Positions 58,411-64,000 of a stretch of 64,000 nucleotides of DNA are shown here, piece by piece. How positions within the stretch are numbered: the first letter of the stretch is position 1; every line of letters begins with the position of its first letter. The stretch comes from Parcubacteria group bacterium M6-OD1-4. Lineage in GTDB: Bacteria; Patescibacteriota; Patescibacteriia; Patescibacteriales; UBA12465. The position numbers and the translations under genes were made by a program. Under the pieces are notes generated by a model. That model was not told the origin of the DNA. It made no database searches and worked only from the letters and a program-made list of their open reading frames with translations. The stretch is taken from positions 188,630 through 252,629 of the forward strand of contig LSNS01000004.1 in assembly GCA_003056205.1 (NCBI GenBank), in the 5' to 3' direction.

Positions 58411-59994
58411 ATGCCCAACCAACAATTAGCTAATTATATCAAACAACAGCTACAGCAAGGCATCTCCCAAGCGACTATTAATACTGAGCTATTGGCAAAA
58501 GGTTGGCAAGTCAGTGATCTCAAAGCCGAATTTGATTTAATTCCACAAACAACTAATAGTAAAAAACCAACTACTAGCCCCAACTTAACCCCTGTCCAAT
58601 CAACAAAAAAATCACCTAAAACTTTAATAATACTAATCGTTATAAGCGCTATATTAATAATTAGTGGCGGAGCTTTGGCTTATTTTTATTACTTCCAATC
58701 ACCAAAAGTGATAGTACAAAAAATGGTTTCTAAATTAATTCAGGTTAAATCGGCAGAATATTCAGGAACAATAGAAATTAAAGCAAATGTCAGTAATTTC
58801 ATGAATGCTAGTAGTACTAATGGAGATTTACTACAATTTACTGGATTATCTATAAATAAGAAAACTAGTAATTTTTTAATTAATTTTACTGGAGCTATTA
58901 ATAGGTATGAAACAAACAAGTTACGGAATTCATTTTCTTTTGACTTAAAAACAAATGCCCTACAACAAGAATTAAGTTTGGGTTTAAAAATTAAAAGTAT
59001 TGGCAAGGTAATTTATATTGAATTAGATGATGTCCCTAAGTTAAAAACTTTTAATTTGGAGGCCATAAAAAATCACTGGGTAAAAATTGATACAGGAACA
59101 GTTAAAAAACAACTTAAAGTCAGTAATGATACAATTGGGATGTCTCCCAAACAAATTCTGAAATCAAGAGCAATCGCCGAGAAGGTTTTTAAACTGACTG
59201 AAAAATCAAATAATACCAAACTCAACAATTTAGTTACTTATCATTATAAATTTATTATCGAAATAAAAGAGCTTAAAAAATTATTTATCAATTTTAGGCA
59301 AACCATGCAAAATAAATCTTTAACTAAAGAAGAATTGACTAAAATTGATAATGATTTTGAAACAATAAAATCAGCTCAAGGAGAGATTTGGATTGGTAAA
59401 AAAGATTTATTACCATACAAACTGACCTTAAATTTAATAACCAAAGCATCTCACAAAGGTCAAGCTCCCATGGAAATCAAATTTACAATCTTAACCAAGA
59501 ATTTTAATCAAGCAATTAAAATAAATCCTCCGGCACAAGTTAAAACTTTAGAAGAACTTATAGGAAGTTTATTTGGTGGATTCGGTAATCAAGTTTCACT
59601 AAATATTCCCCAAAAAGATATATCACCATCAATCAAGACGACCGCCACAAGTACCGGACAGACAAGCAAAGAATTATCCATGCAAATTAGAGCTAAGAGT
59701 GATATTAATATGAATCAGGCTAACACTAATAGCCAAGGGCTTATTAATGCTAAAAAAGAATTATCCAAAACGAATACTAATACTATTGACACTGATCACG
59801 ATGGTTTAAGCGATTATCAAGAACTTAAAATATATCAAACTGATCCTCTAAACCCCGATACTGACGGTGATGGTTATAACGACGGAGCAGAGGTTAAAGC
59901 AGGTTATAATCCTAATGGCCCGGGTAAGCTACCCCAAAATATTATTAACACTAGCTCCCAGTCCACGACAACTATAAAGGGTGGCATTAAATAA
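58411..59994 (+). CDS. Single-TM protein with a C-terminal DxDxDG repeat module
   Basis: N-terminal YI..QL..G.S...I...L...GW helical domain, a TM, a beta-rich ectodomain, and DTDHDGL..DTDGDGY..GYNP.G.G. Confidence 0.75.
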   Translation: MPNQQLANYIKQQLQQGISQATINTELLAKGWQVSDLKAEFDLIPQTTNSKKPTTSPNLTPVQSTKKSPKTLIILIVISAILIISGGALAYFYYFQSPKVIVQKMVSKLIQVKSAEYSGTIEIKANVSNFMNASSTNGDLLQFTGLSINKKTSNFLINFTGAINRYETNKLRNSFSFDLKTNALQQELSLGLKIKSIGKVIYIELDDVPKLKTFNLEAIKNHWVKIDTGTVKKQLKVSNDTIGMSPKQILKSRAIAEKVFKLTEKSNNTKLNNLVTYHYKFIIEIKELKKLFINFRQTMQNKSLTKEELTKIDNDFETIKSAQGEIWIGKKDLLPYKLTLNLITKASHKGQAPMEIKFTILTKNFNQAIKINPPAQVKTLEELIGSLFGGFGNQVSLNIPQKDISPSIKTTATSTGQTSKELSMQIRAKSDINMNQANTNSQGLINAKKELSKTNTNTIDTDHDGLSDYQELKIYQTDPLNPDTDGDGYNDGAEVKAGYNPNGPGKLPQNIINTSSQSTTTIKGGIK

Positions 59995-60022
59995 ATTACT
60001 GAATTAACTCTTTCTATTCTTT

Positions 60023-61057
60023 TTAAATCAACTGTTTAGTTTCTAGTTTTTTTAAACCCAGATGCTGGTAAGCTCGTATAGTTACTAAACGACCACGCGC
60101 GGAACGATCTAAAAATCCTAACTGCATTAAGTACGGCTCATAAACGTTTTCAATGGTATCAGCTTCTTCTCCGGTGGCTGCCGCTAAAGTGTTTAAGCCA
60201 ACTGGTCCTCCTTGAAATTTATCAATAATAGTTTGAAGAATTCGCCGATCTATCAAATCTAAACCCAAAACATCAACTTCTAATAATTTAAAAGCGGCTA
60301 AAGCATCTTCTAAAGAAATAGTACCATCACCCTTAACTTCGCAATAATCACGGACCCTTTTCAACAAGCGATTAGCAATTCGGGGGGTGCGACGACTACG
60401 CTTAGCAATCTCTTGGGCAGCTTCGGTACTAATCTTAATCCCTAAAATATGAGCACTACGATTAATAATTTTTTCCAGATCCTGTGGTTCATAGAAATTT
60501 AGATGGTGAGTAATGCCAAAACGATCTCGTAAAGGAGCAGACAAAAGACTCGCTAAAGTCGTGGCACCAATAATTGTAAATTTTGGTAAATCCAATCGTA
60601 AAGTACGAGCACTCGGTCCCTTACCCATAATGATATCTAAAGCATAATCTTCCATGGCGGGATATAAAATTTCTTCAACGGATTTATGTAAACGGTGAAT
60701 CTCGTCAATGAAGAGAATATCACCCTCTTCTAAATTAGTTAAAATAGCTGCTAAATCACCAGTTTTTTCAATAGCTGGACCAGAGGTCACTCGAATATTA
60801 GCGCCAATCTCGTTAGCGATAACATGGGCAAGAGTTGTTTTTCCTAAGCCAGGAGCACCATATAATAAAACATGTTCAATCGTCTCTTGACGCTTTTTAG
60901 CAGCAGTAATCGTAATCTGTAGATTTTCCTTGAGTTTTTCTTGCCCAATATACTCCGCTAAGGTTTTGGGGCGTAAAGATAAATCTAAAGCTTCATCACC
61001 CTGACGTTCAATAGGGCTAATGAGACGATTGTTAGTTGGCGGAGATTGATTAGGCAT
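60023..61057 (-). CDS. ruvB: Holliday junction branch migration helicase RuvB
   Basis: [36 protein letters not shown] and YEPYL motifs. Confidence 0.98.
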   Translation of the reverse strand: MPNQSPPTNNRLISPIERQGDEALDLSLRPKTLAEYIGQEKLKENLQITITAAKKRQETIEHVLLYGAPGLGKTTLAHVIANEIGANIRVTSGPAIEKTGDLAAILTNLEEGDILFIDEIHRLHKSVEEILYPAMEDYALDIIMGKGPSARTLRLDLPKFTIIGATTLASLLSAPLRDRFGITHHLNFYEPQDLEKIINRSAHILGIKISTEAAQEIAKRSRRTPRIANRLLKRVRDYCEVKGDGTISLEDALAAFKLLEVDVLGLDLIDRRILQTIIDKFQGGPVGLNTLAAATGEEADTIENVYEPYLMQLGFLDRSARGRLVTIRAYQHLGLKKLETKQLI

Positions 61058-61072
61058 ATAATTCTATTATAT

Positions 61073-64000
61073 TTAAAGCTGACGAAATTCGCAAATATCT
61101 CGAAAATCACAAAAATTACATAAGGGTGTTGGACGGGGGTCAAACTTTCGTTTTTTAATTGAAGCAATCTGTTCACGAACAGTTAACCGCAGTTTACTAA
61201 TATCTTGTGGGCTAGCGGTAAACGAGATTTTTTCATCGTCTTCCACATAATAATAACTTAGTAAACTAACTTTAGTTTCTAAAAATTCTTCTAAAAATAA
61301 TTGATATAAAACTAACTGACGTTTATCCACTTTTGCCTTGGAATGACCAGTTTTGTAGTCAATAATTTCTAGGGTGCCATCGGCTAAACGATCAACTCGA
61401 TCAATAGCTCCCTTAATTATTTCTTGACCAATTCGGAAAGAAAACCTTTTTTCTAAAAATAGAATAGCTTGAGGAGGATTAGCTTGATAATCAGTAAAAA
61501 AATTATGTAGAGCTTGACGCCCCTGGGCTTTGTATTTTGTTCTTTCTACTTTATCACGATATCCATCATCCTGCCAAAATTCTTCATATAAAGCTAGGAG
61601 TCGCTTCCAGTTTAATAATTTAGAGAGGCTTAAGGACGAATCCTTCTTTTTCTTTTTATTTAAACTAGTGAAAAGATTAGCTGCTAATTCTTGATGTTCT
61701 TTTAAAACCGGTAATAAAAAATTATAAAGAGTATCGTGAATCACCCGACCGAAAATTAACGATGATTTATTTGTGGAAACCGGAACTTTCAGAACAAAAG
61801 CAAATTTATATTGCAAAGGACAAACGCTGTAAGCAGCAAGTTGAGAAAAGGAAAACTTTGCTGGTAGAGGATAATTATCAGTAGAAGAATTTTTAGATTT
61901 TAAAGTTAATTTTCGAGAATTTAAATAATGTAAATCACGTAAAAATTCATTTTGAGAACTTAAACTTATTTCCGCTTGTTCTAAACTCTCTAAGCCCATT
62001 TCCTCTAAAAACCGAGAGGGTTTTTTCTCGCGCACTCCACCATAGTCTTTCGCCCCAGTTAAATATAACTTTTCCTTAGCACGAGTAACGGCCACGTAGA
62101 ATAAACGACGTTCTTCTTCGAGGTGAATATCCTTTGAAGAAATTATCTTTTCTCGCACTAAAGCATCTGGTATTGATATTTTTTCGTTACGAGAAATAGT
62201 TGGAAATTTCTTATCTACTAAATTAACAATAAAAACATAACGAAATTCTAATCCTTTAGCTCCATGAACAGTCATAATTTTTACCGTTTCCTGATCAGCA
62301 AAATCTAACTTTAAGGCTCCAGTTTCTCCGGCTTCTAACTCTAAATTAATGGCTACTAAAAAATCTTTTAAGCGTAAATCAACTTCTGTTTCTTCGAGTC
62401 TCTTGATTTTCTGATAAAACTGATTGAGATAAGAATATAATTCCAAATCACGATCGCGATCCAAACTGGCCAATAAACCTGAATCATAAGCAAATCTTAG
62501 AAAGATTTTTGTAGTTGCTTGATGGGCGACAAGCTGTGAATGTTTAGCGATTAAAGCTAAAAGTTTATTAATATTTTTAACACTTTGAGAACTTAGACCG
62601 GGGATACTATTGATATTTTTGAGAGCTTCATATAGAGACCAGACTTTCCGTCTCGCCATTTTATTAATATTGATTAAGTCAATCGGTGAGACCTTAAAAA
62701 TTTCCATATTCAAAACACGGAACAAGGCTGAGGATTCATGGTAATTATCTAGTAAACGAAAATAAGCTAGAATATCTAGAATTAAGGGTTTATAATATAA
62801 ACCACGCCAGGACATAAATTGATTAGGAATTTCTTGACGGTTTAATTCTTTAACATAAGCTTCGGCGGTTTTATTCGCTCGCACTAAGATCGCAAAATCA
62901 GACCATAATACTGGCTGAGCATCGTGGTCAACTTTTAGTTCTTTAATTTTTTGAACAACATAAGTTAATTCATCATCTTGAGAAGTAAAATTCAGAAAAT
63001 TAACTGCTGACTCAGAAGAGCTTGTTGGCAATGTACCTTTTGAAGAAGATGTTTGAGAACGAGAATTCTGAGAACCTAGTTTTTTAGAAGTGGCCTTACT
63101 ATTAACCAATCCTCGAGCTTTAAGTTTCTTAACAATGTTTAATTTTACTTCTAAACGATGTGGATTGTTATGCTGAATAAAGTGATGGGCTTGATCTAAA
63201 ATTTCTTGGCGTGAACGATAATTATCTGTTAAAACAATTTCTGAAGCTTGCGGATAATCATCCTTAAACTGCATAATATTAGATAATGAAGCTCCACGAA
63301 ATTTATAGATTGCTTGATCGTCATCACCCACAACCACTAGATTGTTAGCGGGTTTAGCTAGTAATTTAATTAACTCATACTGGACCCAATTAGTATCCTG
63401 GAATTCATCAACCATGAGATATTTAAACTGTTGGCGATAAAACTTAAGAATCTGTGGACGCTGTTGAAATAATTTTAAAGTATAAACTAACAAATCGCCA
63501 AAATCTAAAAAATTATTTTGTAACAATAATTGGTTATAAGTTTGATAAGCGGTGGCCAACTCCAAAACTCGTTTTTGTTCATCTCCTTTTTCTTTTTGTT
63601 GGGCATATTTTAAATATTCCTCAGAAGAAATATTTTCATCTTTCAAACGTGAAAAATGATGAATTAATTCTGTAATAAATTTAGTTGGATTGCCCAGAGG
63701 GCGATAATAATCTAATTGAAAACGATCAAGATTTTTTTTAATTAAAACCCACTGTTCAGTCTGCGTCAGTAATTTAAAACTAGCATTTAAACCAATATCT
63801 AAACCAAATTCCCGTAAAATACGCTCACCAAAACCATGAAAAGTATTAATCCATAAATCTAAATAACCATAAGGTAAGATTTCATCAGCCCGTCCAGACA
63901 TTTCAGCGGCCGCCTTCTCGGTAAAAGTTAGTAAGAGAATTTCATCCATTTTGACCTTCTTCTCAATAATTAGATACGCTAAACGATTAATTAACACCGT
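61073..64000 (-). CDS. UvrD/PcrA-like helicase fused to a C-terminal PD-(D/E)xK nuclease (5' end outside the window)
   Basis: TFTEKAA, DEFQD, GDDDQAIY.FRGA, TVHGAKGLEF and EERRLFYVA.TRA, then G.IDRVD..IIDYKTG and C..CxxC..C. Confidence 0.92.
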   Translation of the reverse strand, partial: TVLINRLAYLIIEKKVKMDEILLLTFTEKAAAEMSGRADEILPYGYLDLWINTFHGFGERILREFGLDIGLNASFKLLTQTEQWVLIKKNLDRFQLDYYRPLGNPTKFITELIHHFSRLKDENISSEEYLKYAQQKEKGDEQKRVLELATAYQTYNQLLLQNNFLDFGDLLVYTLKLFQQRPQILKFYRQQFKYLMVDEFQDTNWVQYELIKLLAKPANNLVVVGDDDQAIYKFRGASLSNIMQFKDDYPQASEIVLTDNYRSRQEILDQAHHFIQHNNPHRLEVKLNIVKKLKARGLVNSKATSKKLGSQNSRSQTSSSKGTLPTSSSESAVNFLNFTSQDDELTYVVQKIKELKVDHDAQPVLWSDFAILVRANKTAEAYVKELNRQEIPNQFMSWRGLYYKPLILDILAYFRLLDNYHESSALFRVLNMEIFKVSPIDLININKMARRKVWSLYEALKNINSIPGLSSQSVKNINKLLALIAKHSQLVAHQATTKIFLRFAYDSGLLASLDRDRDLELYSYLNQFYQKIKRLEETEVDLRLKDFLVAINLELEAGETGALKLDFADQETVKIMTVHGAKGLEFRYVFIVNLVDKKFPTISRNEKISIPDALVREKIISSKDIHLEEERRLFYVAVTRAKEKLYLTGAKDYGGVREKKPSRFLEEMGLESLEQAEISLSSQNEFLRDLHYLNSRKLTLKSKNSSTDNYPLPAKFSFSQLAAYSVCPLQYKFAFVLKVPVSTNKSSLIFGRVIHDTLYNFLLPVLKEHQELAANLFTSLNKKKKKDSSLSLSKLLNWKRLLALYEEFWQDDGYRDKVERTKYKAQGRQALHNFFTDYQANPPQAILFLEKRFSFRIGQEIIKGAIDRVDRLADGTLEIIDYKTGHSKAKVDKRQLVLYQLFLEEFLETKVSLLSYYYVEDDEKISFTASPQDISKLRLTVREQIASIKKRKFDPRPTPLCNFCDFRDICEFRQL

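Noticed and set aside
63000..63100. Ser-rich insertion in the helicase as a possible intein or intron
   Set aside because: It is only about 30 low-complexity residues, in frame, with no intein terminal motifs. It is most likely a flexible loop.
3931..63675. Short alternative-frame and antisense ORFs in the track (e.g. 3931, 18087, 26757, 32390, 33371, 39514, 42947, 48071, 60708)
   Set aside because: They lie within well-supported genes, have no recognisable motifs, and are expected shadows of codon bias.
1..64000. CRISPR array, rRNA, prophage, or UGA-recoded genetic code
   Set aside because: I saw no regularly spaced repeats, rRNA-like sequence or phage genes. Long ORFs are intact in the standard code and TGA ends the dehydrogenase at 16534.

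Overview
This is an AT-rich chromosomal segment in the standard genetic code (TGA is used as a stop), with most genes on the minus strand. The gene content suggests a Patescibacteria/CPR (Parcubacteria-like) genome; this is an inference. Housekeeping blocks are: hrcA-grpE-hsp20-dnaK with a perfect CIRCE; mrdA; an OmpR-type two-component pair whose kinase is split at an A_AAA_AAG slippery site; zur-znuACB with an operator; ftsEX and wall hydrolases; three tRNAs; nrdR-nrdD-nrdG, where the glycyl-radical domain is a separate 48-aa gene missed by the ORF track; ftsA-ftsZ; secDF; clpP; a short rel; rpsU-hisS-lepB; ruvB; and a UvrD-nuclease fusion. The most striking region is a co-oriented ~13 kb cluster (41365-54337). 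It encodes two very large exported proteins sharing a TrbC/VirB2-like pilin N-terminus, a 999-aa protein with an internal pilin-like head, and membrane-anchored DxDxDG-repeat proteins. Together with an orphan coupling-type ATPase, a prepilin peptidase and glycosylation genes elsewhere in the window, it is a candidate uncharacterised surface-appendage or host-attachment system. I saw no CRISPR array, rRNA, transposase or phage genes. Family assignments come from recognising motifs by eye, not from searches.
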